Positions 11,176-24,110 of a DNA stretch of 64,000 bases are shown here, piece after piece. The notes beneath the pieces were generated by a model that did no database searches, was not told the DNA's origin, and saw nothing but the letters and a program-made list of their open reading frames with translations. Source of the stretch: Octopus sinensis (taxonomy: Eukaryota); NCBI RefSeq assembly GCF_006345805.1, contig NC_043014.1, forward strand, positions 43,462,001 through 43,526,000, given 5' to 3'. The stretch's first letter is position 1, and each line of letters starts with the position of its first letter. The position numbers and the translations under genes were made by a program.

Positions 11176-12180
11176 CCAAATCTTTATAATTTTTCTTTTG
11201 GACAGTGGTCATGCTGGGGCATCACTTTGAAGGATTTTTTTTAGTTGAACAAATGAACTCTAACACTTATTCTTAAGTCTGGTACTATCATCTTCTTTTG
11301 CCGAACCACTAAGTTATGGGGATGTAAACAAACCAACACTGGTTGTCAAGCGGTAGATATGGGTGACGCATACACACACACTTGCACATATAAACTTCCA
11401 CACAGTTTCCATTTACTGAATTCACTCTCAAGACATTGACCAGTCTGGTTAATATATTAGTCCTGGTTATGGCCAGTTCAGTTTTAGCATAAAACACAAA
11501 AAAATATATTGGAGCTGGTTATGGCCGGTTGAAATGTGGTTGAAAGGGTTAAACGCTTTAATCAAAGTCAATCCAGTTATGGCCAGCTCCCTCTTATCTT
11601 AAGAGAGAGACATTATATCTAAGATTACATTATTCAGTGCATCGTCTCTAGTTTTTAAAGATTGTGGGTTGTTATTTGCAGCAGGTTTAACTGCTGTTTC
11701 TAGGAGGTCAGACAGTCCTGTCGGTGCTCCTTTCGTTTGGTTAGTCGATTGTTATAAATATTTTAATATACCGACAAAGCTTTTGACATTTGCTAATTAA
11801 GGTGTCTTCTCTTGCTTTAGTCAACCTAACAGTGTGTTTGTGAGAGAGAGAGAGAGAGAGAAATTTGGTGCAGTACAAATGCATCTGAGCTTATATTGCA
11901 TATCATTGTTCTTAAATGTCCGCTTGTCAAGAGAGCATGACATACTGTACCTACAGCTTCCAGCTGTAATATGTCAGCCAGCCGCAGACAGAATCAATGT
12001 GTAATCTGCATGGCCACAGCTCCACTGCTTCCCCAGATGTTTAACATGCCAGCTAGCGTTGCTATATCTGGCTTTAATTGTCTGGCTGTAATCAGGACAG
12101 GCTTTGTTGCCAAAACACTTGTTCAGGCAGATATTCAAATATTTGGAACTATCAGCCGGCCAGCCTATGCTAGTTACTTT

Positions 12181-12386
<206 letters not shown>

Positions 12387-12576
12387 GAGAGGTTGGAAAG
12401 ATTGAGAAAGAAAGAAGAGAAGAGTTGAGAGCTGATTACTTTTGTTAGCAGTGTATTATATATCTTACTGTGTTTGTGTTTGAAATAACAAAGTGACCTA
12501 CCTGGAAACTATGCTGAAGCACCTTCAATTGCTTAGATGAGATCTCTCGTTGTTGTCTTCGATGTTTTTGTTGTTT

Positions 12577-12895
12577 AATCCCGTGTCATCTTCGCTGAGC
12601 AAGCAGACCTTCATCATCATCATCATCATCGTTTAGCGTCCGCTTTCCATACTAGCATGGGTTGGACGGTTCAACTGGGGTCTGGGAAGCCAGAAGGCTG
12701 CACCAGGCCCAGTCTGATCTGGCAATGTTTCTATGGCTGGCCAGATCAGAATGGGCCTGGTGCAGCCTTCTGGCTTCCCAGACCCCAGTTGAACCGTCCA
12801 ACCCATGCCAGCATGGAAAGCGGACGCTAAACGATGATGATGATGATGATGATGATGATGAAGGTCTGCTTGCTCAGCGAAGATGACACAGGATT
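12577..12895. repeat. 319-bp fold-back palindrome of a SINE-C 3' end plus its unique flank
   Basis: Arms 12577-12723 and 12740-12895, 16-nt loop; ~35 bp of flank beyond the (CAT)n tail is also inverted-duplicated. Confidence 0.93.
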
Positions 12896-13144
12896 TATTT
12901 ATATTAAAGGTATTTCACCCACGACCATTTTGGCCCTCCCCCATGCCCCTCCAGGTGTAGTGTATCTAGTGGAGGCACATGACTTTAGCAGTTCGGGTGT
13001 TGGACTCGTGATGATTGCAAGATTGAGGTTTTGATTCCTGGATCAGGCAATGTGTTGTGTTCTTGAGCAAAACACTTTATTTCATGTTGCTCCAGTCCAT
13101 CACCACCACCACCAATAATAATAATAATAATAATAATAACAACA

Positions 13145-13635
13145 ACATTTTGTCTTGGTATAAAAGATGGGCTACAGCAAATATTCTGCTCAATACCACA
13201 GATCCTGTGGTATTGAGCTTGTCAGTTGTTTGACCATAACCAGTTGAGCATGTCCCTTAGTGGCTGACGATATGTGCATCTCTGACCACGTGCAGAAGTA
13301 GTGGGGGTGCATCATAGCCATGTGTTGAGAGGAGTTCTTTGGGGTTTGGATAATTCACCTTTAGAAACAAGAGTGTTTTGTTCAACATCAATCCTTTTTC
13401 AGGGACCTTTTGAGCGAGATTGGCTACTCTACCTGAAAAAAAATTCTAACTGGGCCCCCCCACCTGGAAGGTCATGCATTGTTTATCTTGATATGAGATC
13501 ACCATGTGGCACACATATGGTTGTGATACATGTGCCTGGTGTACCCTTATCAGATGGGTACTCATGATGAGTATACTGGGCTTTGTATCTTTTTCCCCGG
13601 TGTCACTTTGATGGCATGCACTGCTCTCTCACTCA
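13145..13635. mobile_element. Unclassified ~490-bp interspersed repeat flanked by (AAT)n on both sides
   Basis: Higher-GC block bounded by (AAT)n at ~13115-13140 and ~13640-13740; recalled as a common octopus repeat; (AAT)n insertion context is reminiscent of R4/Dong-type targeting (inference). Confidence 0.5.
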
Positions 13636-13644
13636 ATGATGATA

Positions 13645-13686
<42 letters not shown>

Positions 13687-14393
13687 TAATAATGATAATA
13701 ATTATAGTAATAATAAATATATAATGATGATGATAATGATGGGTAGTCACTGATGTTCCTACAAAATATGTTTTATATTTTAAGAGTCATAAAATATTTT
13801 AAAATTAAGTTTTATATTTATTCCATTATCATTATTCTGAAAATGGAATAAATATAGAATATTTTTAAGTGGGTAAAATATACTCAGGTCAGCTGACTGA
13901 ATTCTACAGTTTTTCTAAATCATAGAATCAATGGCTGAGTGCCACTGAAACCTCTCCAAATCTGGAAGATTTGGTCTAATCCCGCTTTGAAGTAGTGCTT
14001 GGCACTAAAAGCAAGAATAAAAAAAGTAAAGAAAAGCAAACCAAAAAAAAATGAACATTCAGTTGTGAAATGAATCCGTTATCCTTCTCTTAGGAATCAA
14101 AAGTCTCCAAGGGTGACGGTGATGGTGGTAAAAATGAAATGATATGAAATATTTCCATATAATCTTTTCATTTTATCATTGTCACAAGTATTCATTCTTG
14201 CTTAAAAAGTTAACAAAAAACAAAAAAAACAATCAATAATTTTTTAATTTTTATTTATTTACTGTGCATTTTGCTTTTCTTAAACTTATTATTTTTTTTT
14301 TGCTTTTTATTCCTAAAATAAACAGCAAAAGACGACAAAAAGATCAAATAATTGTATTACATAGACACTTGGAATTTTTGTTGCTGCTGTTGC

Positions 14394-14445
<52 letters not shown>

Positions 14446-14672
14446 TTTAAATAAATAAAATATTATGAATAAATATTTTGGCAATGTATGAAGTATAATA
14501 GCTTAATGGAGATTTATTGTTTGCGGAGAAATTGGCAGATACTATTTCTCTCCACCTCTGTTTATTCTTTACAAATTTTTAGTTTGTGTTTATGAAAAAC
14601 CATAAATATTAAAGATCCATTTTTCTTCTTTTTTTCTTTATATTTTTAGAACTTTTGTCTATAATACTATTT

Positions 14673-14713
<41 letters not shown>

Positions 14714-16782
14714 TGCATACACCCACACTCACACATACACCCACACACTTTTTCACGGATCTATTTCATATTTATATGAAACAAGGGAAGTACTTGAAAT
14801 TTGGTATAAATTTCAATACACTTAAAGCGATTTGATTCCTTTTGAATTCGTTTTTCTCGGGAAGGTGGATTTTATTTTGGAAGTAGTGTCATTCAAGCAT
14901 TATCCATCAGCACCATTATCTTCACTTAAATGTCTGTTATCAAAAACTGGCTGCTTATTTCTGAAGTTTGTCTATAAAATGGAATGTCTCTTGCAGAGAA
15001 AGAGCACTGGTATTTCCCATGATTTTTTCAGTTTGTCATTGATTGATAAATTGATTTGGTCCATAATGCACAGCAAGTTATTTGGGTTTTTAAAATTGAA
15101 TGTAGGAATTGAGGTATCTGGTGTCTCTAAGGTAGTAAATAAACTGTTAAAGGTGGTATTGGGGTGGGAGCATTAATAAAATTTTTGATTTATGATACGT
15201 CTTACTGATGTTCTCATACATTCTTAGTTATATTTCTAGGGTCTCCAGGGGGTACCAGCTCTTTCAACATCAGACCTTCTCTCCCAGGGTTGGTCAGCTC
15301 CCACCTTGCAACCTAATAGCTGCAAATTACTGAGTGCCCTCTTTATCCAAAATCACCTCATGGAAAAGTAGGTAGTTTACTCAATGTATTCAGCCAGTAC
15401 AGCACAGTACAATGAGTGTTTTGGACTGTCAGATGTATACATTGTGCCATGTCCTTGAAATCTTCCCACCCCTTCATCACCACCATCATTTAATGGTCAT
15501 TTTCCGTCCTGGCACGGGTTGCACAGTTTGTCACAAACTGGCTAGATCAGGAGCTGCACCCGAGTTTCATGTCTGAGGTTCTTTTTGCTTTCATTAAGAT
15601 GGCAGGTTATGATTTGATAGCTCTTTCTTGCCGCTATAATGCTCATTTAGAGGTTTCCTGTTGCTGCTTATATTTAAAATTGTCATCATCATCATCATCA
15701 TCATCATGACCATCATTTAACATCCACTTTTCCATGCTTGCACGAGTCAGAGGGAATTTGTCAAGGCAGTTTTTCCTGTTCTCAACCCTAACCTCTTTCC
15801 ACGGAAGACTGAAGATCTTGTTCTAAATTTCTTCCAACCACTTTGAGATTTTCAAATTTTCACCAGATTATTTTCAAAAAAAAAAAAAAAAAAAAATGTA
15901 GTTCTGTTATACTTTTACATGCTGATGACGAAAATCGCTTTCATGTTTTTATTTTCCTAGAAATTAATAAAAATTGGAGTTACTGGCATTTAAAAGTTCT
16001 GTAATTTTAGCCATCTGAAGAGGTCTATTGCTAATATATATAGTTGGCTGGAACTGTCTGTTGTCATGGGAAAATAAGCAAAGACAACATAGACGAGACC
16101 TTTATGTGGTCTCATGACTTGCTAGAAATAGCAGCCAAATTTTCCTTAACCTTTTTAATATTCAGATTACTCTGTCAAATGTAATGCCTATTTATTCACA
16201 TTGTTTTCAGTTAATCATGCATTATTTCAAAGCTTTGCAATTTCAAAGATGTGATTTGTATGTTTTTAGAATGGCATTGTAGGGTAAGTGTACGATGCTG
16301 GACCTGGCTAGTTTGAACTTAAAACAGGTAGTCTGTTTGGGATGGACGTAGCCTGTTCGAACATTGAAAGGTAAAACTACGCTACCATTATATCTTTAAA
16401 AAAAAACCCCAGAAAGGACAACACATTCTATGATGTATTTGGAAGTTAATTGCTTTCCTCATTTGTAATTTGAGTACCAATGCATCATAATCATCATCAT
16501 CATCATCATTTAATGTCTGTTTTCCATGTTTGCATGGGTTGGACGGTTTGACCAGAGCTGGCAAGCTTAGGCAGCTGTACCAGGTTCCAGTCTGATTCGA
16601 CTTGGTTTCTACAGAGTCGACTTAGTATATTCTTACATGGCATTGGCACAGGTGCATTGTATGTGGCCTGGCATAGGTGCTTTTTAAGTTTAAAAAACAT
16701 TTGGCTGCTATTTCTAGCAAGTCAAATGACTGACCGCAGTCAAATGACTGAAACATATAAAAGAGTAAAAGAATATATATAT

Positions 16783-17172
16783 AGGCGCAGGAGTGGCTGT
16801 GTGGTAAGTAGCTTGTTTACCAACTACATGGTTCCGGTTCAGTCCCACTGCGTGGCACCTTGGGCAAGTGTTTTCTACTATAGCCTCGGGCCGACCAAAG
16901 CCTTGTGAGTGGATTTGGTAGGCGGAAACTGAAAGAAGCCCGTTGTATATATGTGTATGTGCGTCTATGTTTGTGTGTCTGTGTTTGTCCCCCTAGCATT
17001 GTTTGACAACCGATGCTGGTGTGTTTATATCCCCGTCACTTAGCGGTTCGGCAAAAGAGACCAATAGAATAAGTACTGGGCTTACAAAGAATAAGTGCCG
17101 GGGTCGAGTTGCTCGATTAAAGGCGGTGCTCCAGCATGGCCACAGTCAAAATGACTGAAACAAGTAAAAAGA
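16783..17172 (+). mobile_element. Full-length SINE family B (tRNA head, CORE-like centre, internal microsatellite)
   Basis: Head ggctgtgtggtaagtagcttg...ccggttcagtccc; CORE-like caccttgggcaagtg; tail gtcaaaatgactgaaacaagtaaaaa. Confidence 0.9.
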
Positions 17173-17260
17173 GAAAAAAAAAAGGGAGAAAAAGAGATAT
17201 ATAAAATGATCATTTAATGCCTGCCTTCCATGTTAGCATAGGTGGGTCAATATATATATA

Positions 17261-17644
17261 CTAGCAGTATCGCCCGGCGTTGCTCGGGTTTGTAAGGGAA
17301 ATAACTATAAAGCATTTTTAGAGAGTTATAGCCAAAAAATAGCCAAAAAATGGGAAAAAAATGATGGTAAATTTTTTTTGAGAGTTAAAAAGGTCGAGTT
17401 GCGTCCCCTAGATACTCTGTGGTTTGTGTTTCTGATTCTCGACCCCATGTCGAATTTATCGATTTTTTTCAGAACTGGCGGAACTTTTCAAAATTTTCAC
17501 TGCGTTAGTTTTGAATTATGACATTGGGCTATGTGTGTGTCAAGTTTCATCAGAATCGGTTGAAAGCTGTGGTCAGGGTGAGGGTACAACCTAACAGACA
17601 TACAGACACGCAGACAGACAAACTGCCGTTTATATAGAGAGAGA
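17261..17644 (-). mobile_element. Non-autonomous Helitron
   Basis: Minus strand starts TC after A and ends with hairpin cccgagcaacgccggg then CTAG before T; no TSD. Confidence 0.8.
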
Positions 17645-18895
17645 TATATGTGTGTATATATACTTGCACTTGTGTAGTGTGTGTTTTCGTAGGAAAGATA
17701 ATCGAGTTGAATATTATATATTTTTGATCACAAATTAATTTTGCTATTGTGCGTTGTAGATATTTATTGATCCTTTGTCATTCCAATAATTGAAATATCT
17801 TAATTAGTTTTACTGAGAACCATAACTCTAGCTAATCACCATGTGACCTCCTTTTCTCTCGTTTTCTTCCTGTTCAAATCAATAATGTTACTAATTGCCG
17901 TCTTGTGCTCTTGTCCTGGATTCCTCTTCATTTTCCCAGCATTCTCTTTGATGTATTTCAACCATTTCTTCTGTCAGCAGACAGACAAATTTCTGGTCTA
18001 ATTCTTTGCCATGGATCTCGTCAAATAATCTTTAATTCTTTTTCGTTTCTGTTTTTTTTTTTTTGTTTTTTCACTTTTTTTCTTCTGTGCGTTGTTTAAT
18101 TAGCAATATGAGTATTTGGTTCATATTACAGAACTAATAAAATAAAAATAAAAAAAAATACTAATAATTATTGAAATAAAAGAAAGCTCTATTTGATTGT
18201 AGAATGACCATGAGAGATGATCAATGGACCAGATGCATTACTGTAATTAATTTTTCGGTCTTGGTTCTCGGTTCATATCCTGCCAGTGTAACCTCTTGCT
18301 TCCGTCCCTATGGGGTTGGTTGAGTAATTACTAACAAAATATTTCAATCAATATTGTCGATCATGCCTTTTCTTTTTTAATCATTTTAAAGCCTTTTGAG
18401 CCTTGCGCTTCCATTTGAAATCAATTTGAGTATCATATTCCTTGAATTTTGAAAAAAATATTTGCTTTTGACCATGTTCCTTAATCTCTATTTTTTATTG
18501 ACACCTGTTCTTTACCACCTGTTCATTATTATTTCTTTGTTAACTCCTCTCTTCTCGAGCCTCGTGTACAGGTGTCAATGATCTTAGATCTCAGCACCAA
18601 AACCTGAAGATACATTATTTTTTTTTTGGCAGGAAAAATGCCCTGTTGCTTTTTGCTGGTTTATTTACAGTTTACTCTGCTAGTTTTCTGCTCCCCTGAG
18701 CACACCCTTTAGGCAGAAAATCTATTTAAACCTTTTAGTATTTAAACTGGCCATATTTGGCCCCAATAGTCTATCTGTTTTAAATTAAAACCAATCAAAC
18801 CTGGCTTCACACTCCTACTCGACTATTTCATTTCAAAACTAAGCACCCACATCATTGAAATCTCAAAGCTCTGAAGTAATGCATAATTAATTGAA

Positions 18896-19284
18896 AAGGG
18901 CGAGCTGGCAGAAACGTTAGCATGCCGGGCAAAATGCTTAGCAGTATTTCGTCTGCCGCTACGTTCTGAGTTCAAATTCCGCCAAGGTCGACTTTGCCTT
19001 TCATCCTTTCGGGGTTGATTAAATAAGTACCAGTTACACACTGGGGTCGATATAATCAACTTAATCCATTTGTCTGTCCTTGCTTGTCTCCTCTGTGTTT
19101 AGCCCCTTATGGATTAAGTCGATAACATCGACCCTAGTGTGTAACTGGTACTTAATTTATCGACCCCGAAAGGATGAAAGGCAAAGTCGACCTCGGCGGA
19201 ATTTGAACTCAGAACGTAATGGCAGATGAAATACGGCTATGCATTTCGCCCGGCGTGCTCACGTTTCTGCCAGCTCGCCGCCTT
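18896..19284. mobile_element. Tail-to-tail inverted pair of SINE family A
   Basis: Plus copy 18896-~19108, minus copy 19109-19284; arms ~170 bp, ~40-nt loop. Confidence 0.9.
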
Positions 19285-20196
19285 TCTGTTATGTGACTTA
19301 TAATTGGAGACTGGAGTCCTTGGCTGACACAATTTCACCCTCACCACTACGCTTGAGCTGACCTAGAAGTAGTGAGTGAGTGGTGACTAAGGGGTAAGAA
19401 ATCCACACTCGCTAAAAATTTCTGAACTCCCAGTCTGGAGCCTCACCGCCAGATGCAGTTTAATGTCTTGCCCCCCCAGGACAATTCTTTACCATCTGTG
19501 AACATCCGTTTCTGTAATTAATAGTGCTGTGAAGCAATATGTAATTAAAAGCCTCCTAATGAGTCGAAAACTTGAACATAAAATAGAGAAAAGTAGCTTC
19601 CAACAAGCTAAGTTTTGTACAGGTTCCATTTCATTTTGTTTGACTTACTAATGGCAAAGGGGAAGAAAAAAATCTGGATTTCACATGTTCAGTTTTCCCT
19701 TCCTGATAAAATCAGCGTCTTCGTGTCTATTTAGTGAATATAAAACAGAAGACTACTGCATTATACAATATCTTATACATCTTACATACTGCAGTAAAGT
19801 CACATTATAGTTGGTAATGGATGTGTTTTTGAGAGACATATAAGTAGGCTACTTCTGCAAATTTTCATTTTTGTTGAAAGGAAATATTGATATTAGTATT
19901 TTGGTTGATGGATATCGTTGCTTCATGGTAAAACCTCTTCACTGAAGTCTAAAATGGTAATTGCCATTTCACTTTTTCATGATAGCCAACTTAGGAGTAG
20001 AACATAAAAAAAAAAAAAAAAAACCGGAATAAATTCTCGTTGGAGATGACCAAGTGAGTTTGATCGATAAACTAAATGCATTACTTTATTGGCTCTCCGT
20101 TCAGATCCTGTCAGAGGGTTAACCTTACTTGCATCCCTCTGGGATTTGGTGCTAGAATGAGTACTGGCAATATTATTTCGGTCGATGTGGTCAATT

Positions 20197-20244
<48 letters not shown>

Positions 20245-20723
20245 GAACATTATTTTGGCCCTTCTATTTGAAATCAATGAGTATAAGATTCCTTGATTTT
20301 TAGCATCTGCTTTCCAGCGATGGAGCAGAGATGGTGAAAATAGTGGCGCTGGTGGTGGTGGTGGAGAAAGGAACAAAGATAGAGGTGTTGATTCAAGACT
20401 TGTCTCCAAGGTGTTATAACAGAGTTTGAAGTCAAAGTTATTTGATTAACTGCTTTCAAGTTGCTACTGTGTGCTACGTTTCTTTTTTTTTTTTTTTTTT
20501 TTTTGGCATCTGTCTTTAAGGCAAAATATCTATTTAACTGGAAAGATATGCACTAAAACCCACTTGCCCACTTATATAACAAAACACCGAGAAAAAAGAT
20601 CAAATAAAAAAAAGCAAAAAACAAAAACAAAACATAAACATTCTCCAGGAATGCAAAGGAAATTTTCAACTCTTTCAAATTTATGAGGAATTTTGTAAAA
20701 GATAAAAAAAAAAAAAACTATAT

Positions 20724-21095
20724 AGGTACAGGTGTGACTGTGTGGTAAGTAGTTTGCTAACCAACCACATGGTTCCGGGTTCAGTCCCACTGCGTGGCAT
20801 CTTGGGCAAGTGTCTTCTGCTATAGCCTGGGGCCAACCAATGCCTTGTGAGTGGATTTGGTAGACGGAAACTGAAAGAAGCCCGTCGTATATGTTTGTGT
20901 ATATGTGTATATGTTTGTGTGTCTGTGTTTGTCTCCCTAGCATTGCTTGACAACTGATAGTGGTGAGTTTATGTCACCGTCACTTAGCGGTTCGGCAAAA
21001 GAGACCGATAGAATAAGTCCCAGGGTCGATTTGCTCGACTAAAGGCGGTGCTCCAGCATGGCCACAGTCAAATGACTGAAACAAGTAAAAGAGAA
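20724..21095 (+). mobile_element. Full-length SINE family B
   Basis: Same head, core and tail as the 16783 copy. Confidence 0.9.
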
Positions 21096-21231
21096 ATATA
21101 GGTACAGGTGTGATGGTGTGGTAAGAAGTATGCTTACCAACCACATGGTTTCAGGTTCACTCCCACTACATGGCACCGAGAGTAAGTGCCTTCTGCTACA
21201 GCACTGGATCAACCAAATTGAGTGGAATCAA

Positions 21232-21453
21232 CCCTTTCATTACCGTATTTATTTTGAGATGCTCTGTGTGTCTTTCAATTAATTTTAAATATAACAAAGA
21301 TTTTAGTAAAATAACTTAGTTATCATTAAGCTAGTGTTTGGAACATAAATTGTGAATAAGGTTTGATGGAAGATTTTAGTTCAAAATTTATGAAAACTAG
21401 ACATTTGTACTACAGAACCAGAGCTGGTTTCAGCTGGGTTGGTAACGGGAGGG
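21232..21453. mobile_element. TTAA MITE family D
   Basis: CCCTTTCATTAC...GTAACGGGAGGG-TTAA. Confidence 0.8.
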
Positions 21454-21455
21454 TT

Positions 21456-21870
21456 AAAGGTGGCGAGCTGGCAGAAATGTTAGCACACCAAGCAAAATGC
21501 TTTGTTGTATTCTGTGTGTCTTTATGTTCCGAGTTCAAACTCTGCCGAGGTCAACTTTACCTTTCATCCTTTCGAGGTTGATAAATTAAGTACCAGTTAT
21601 GCACTGGGGTCGATGTAATCGACTTAATCCCTTTGTCTGTCTTTGTTTGTCCCCTCTATGTTTAGCCCCTTGTGGGCAATAAAGAAATAAGAAACGCTTA
21701 GCTGTATTTTGTCCGTCTTTATGTTCTGAGTTCAAATTCTGCCGAGGTCGACTTTACCTTTCATCCTTTCAAGGTTGATAAATTAAGTACCGGTTGTGTA
21801 CTGGGGTTGATCTAATCAACTGGCTCCCTCCCCAAAAATTTCAGGCCTTGTACCTAGAGTAGAAAAATTG
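21456..21870 (+). mobile_element. SINE family A head-to-tail dimer
   Basis: Second unit joins at aaagaaataagaaacgcttag. Confidence 0.85.
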
Positions 21871-21916
21871 GGTAGATTTGGTAAATAGAAACTGAACTGA
21901 AATAGAAACTGAACAC

Positions 21917-21960
<44 letters not shown>

Positions 21961-22904
21961 TGTGTGTGTGTCTTTGGTATGTATTAGTCCTACACCATCA
22001 CTTGGCAACTAGTGTTGGTTCGTGTATGTCCCCCGTAACTTAGTGGTTCAGCAATGGAGACCAATAAAATAAGTACCGGGCTTGAAAAAAAAAACACAAC
22101 TATTGGGGTCGATTGGTTCTAGTAAACCTTTCAAGGCAGTACTCCAGCATGGCCGTGGTCCAATGACTAAAACAAGTCACTGATAGCAGATACATAAGGC
22201 AGAAGCAACAGCATATTCTAGATTATGACCATGAATGTCACCATCATCATCAGCATCCTCCTCCTCCTCATTATCATCATTATCATCATCATCATAATCA
22301 TTGCCACCACCATCATCACCACAACCGTCACCATCACTCATCATCATCATCATCGCTACCACCACCACCACCATCATCACCACTCACCAACACTCCAGAG
22401 TTATATTAGAAATTGCATTAATAAATATTAATGAATGGATTATCTTTAAATAGCTTTACTCACATACTACCAAATTATTAAATTAATCACAAGTTGTGTG
22501 AATATTTGAGTGTGTGTGTGTGTGTGTGTGTGTGACAAAATCCCTAGATGTTTGAGAAATACATTTATGTTATGTTTAACAAAGACAAGAAGCTTTGGAA
22601 GATGCCTTAAATTTTCATGGTTCTAATTACCATTCACATCTTTTGTGATCTCAACGTTGAAAAGGAAAATAAGAAAAACGAAGCTCTTGGAAAGGAAAAC
22701 AAGGAATTAATAATAATGAAGTCTACTGAGTTGAGAATGGAATTAAGCAGGATATACTTAATAAATATACATTATAAGAAACACATTTGATGGAATAATA
22801 ATTAAAATATCAAACAGAGGATGAGCTTGTCACCAGTAAACAAAAGATAATTGCTTTTTGATAAGAACAGAGAAAGAGAGAGAGGGAGGGAGGGAGAAAG
22901 AAAC

Positions 22905-23165
22905 TAGCATCATCATCATCATCATCATCATTTAACGTCCGCTTTCCATGCTAGCATGGGTTGGACGGTTCAACTGGGGTCTGGGAAGCCAGAAGGCTGC
23001 ACCAGGCTCCAGTCTAATCCGGCTGTGTTTCTACAGCTGGATGCCCTTCCTTAACGCCAACCACTCCGTGAGTGTAGTGGGTGCTTTTTACATGCCACCG
23101 GCACAGGTGCCAGGCAAGGCTGGCAACGGCCATGATCGGATGGTGCCTTTTATGTGCCACCGGCA
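22905..23165 (-). mobile_element. SINE family C
   Basis: (CAT)n tttaacgtccgctttccatgctagcatggg tail on +, plus ctggatgcccttcc motif. Confidence 0.85.
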
Positions 23166-23420
23166 CGTGCTCCAGCATAGCCACAGTTAATCAAATGACT
23201 GAAACAAGTAAAAGAAGGAAAGAAAAAAGTATGAATAAATAAAGATTATGTGTAGATTTTCGTTATCTCACCCCCATTAAAAAATTGGGTTAGCTCCCCA
23301 CTAAAAAAAATTAAGTTAATGTGGCAACAAGAGATTGGATTAAAAGGGTTAGATCCTTTTGATTCAATACTCCAATGCATTGTTGATGTTTGGCTTCCTC
23401 AATTGGCATGGTTTGATTTA

Positions 23421-23731
23421 TACAGTTCTGTATATAAGAGATGAGGAATTATGTACATTATTTACGTTTGACGGGCGTATGGCGTAGTGGTTAAGAGCAC
23501 AGGCTACCAACCCCAAGATTCCGAGTTTGATTCCAAGCAGTGACCTGAATAATAATAATAATAATAATAGTAGTAGCAGCAGCATTGAAAAATACCTTAG
23601 GAATGAGAACCCAGGTTCGAAATTTCCTCAAGGCACCTGAAGAAGGCTGGAGGGTACATCAGCCAAAATGTTGTGTTAACAACAAACAAGATGAGGACTA
23701 ATATCCATCAAATGTAAATAATGTAAATAAT
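23421..23731 (+). mobile_element. tRNA-headed retroposon carrying a hammerhead motif (copy 1), ~15-bp TSD
   Basis: A box TGGCGTAGTGG 23480-90, B box GAGTTTGATTCC 23523-34, (AAT)n, hammerhead 23633-76, (TGTAAATAA)2 tail; TSD gcatggtttgattta 23406-20 vs gcatggtatgatttg 23732-46. Confidence 0.8.
23633..23676 (+). ncRNA. Degenerate minimal type I hammerhead (core GAAA changed to AAAA)
   Basis: GCAC-CTGAAGA-A-GGCTG[loop]CAGCC-AAAA-TGT-T-GTGT; both damaging changes fit CpG transitions from CCGAAACGT. Confidence 0.6.
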
Positions 23732-23744
23732 GCATGGTATGATT

Positions 23745-23870
23745 TGTTATTCTTTGTAAGCCTGGTACTTACTCGATCAGTCTCTTTTGCCGAACCGCTA
23801 ACTTATGGGGACATAAACACACCAGCATCGGTTGTCAAGCGATGTTGGAGGGACAAGCACAGACACACAA

Positions 23871-23929
<59 letters not shown>

Positions 23930-24110
23930 CATATATACATACATATATACGATGGGCTTTTTTCAGTTTCCATCTACCAAATCCACTCACAAGGCTTTGG
24001 TTGGTCCGAGGCTATAGTAGAAAAAACTTACCCAAGGTGCCACGCAGTGGGACTGAACCCGGAAGAAAGTGGTTGGTAAGCAAGCTACTTACCACACAGC
24101 CACTCCTACA
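23745..24110 (-). mobile_element. SINE family B
   Basis: Reverse-complement family motifs; internal (CA)n(TA)n. Confidence 0.88.

Noticed and set aside
14832-15176. 114-aa ORF, and a possible 13-nt microexon at ~14997
   Set aside because: TTG start, no recognisable domain, weak donor and not frame-preserving.
23421-23470. TA-CAGT terminus as a Tc1/mariner TIR
   Set aside because: Both copies have ~15-bp TSDs and a tandem 3' tail, and the inversion covers only ~20 bp internally; this fits retroposition.
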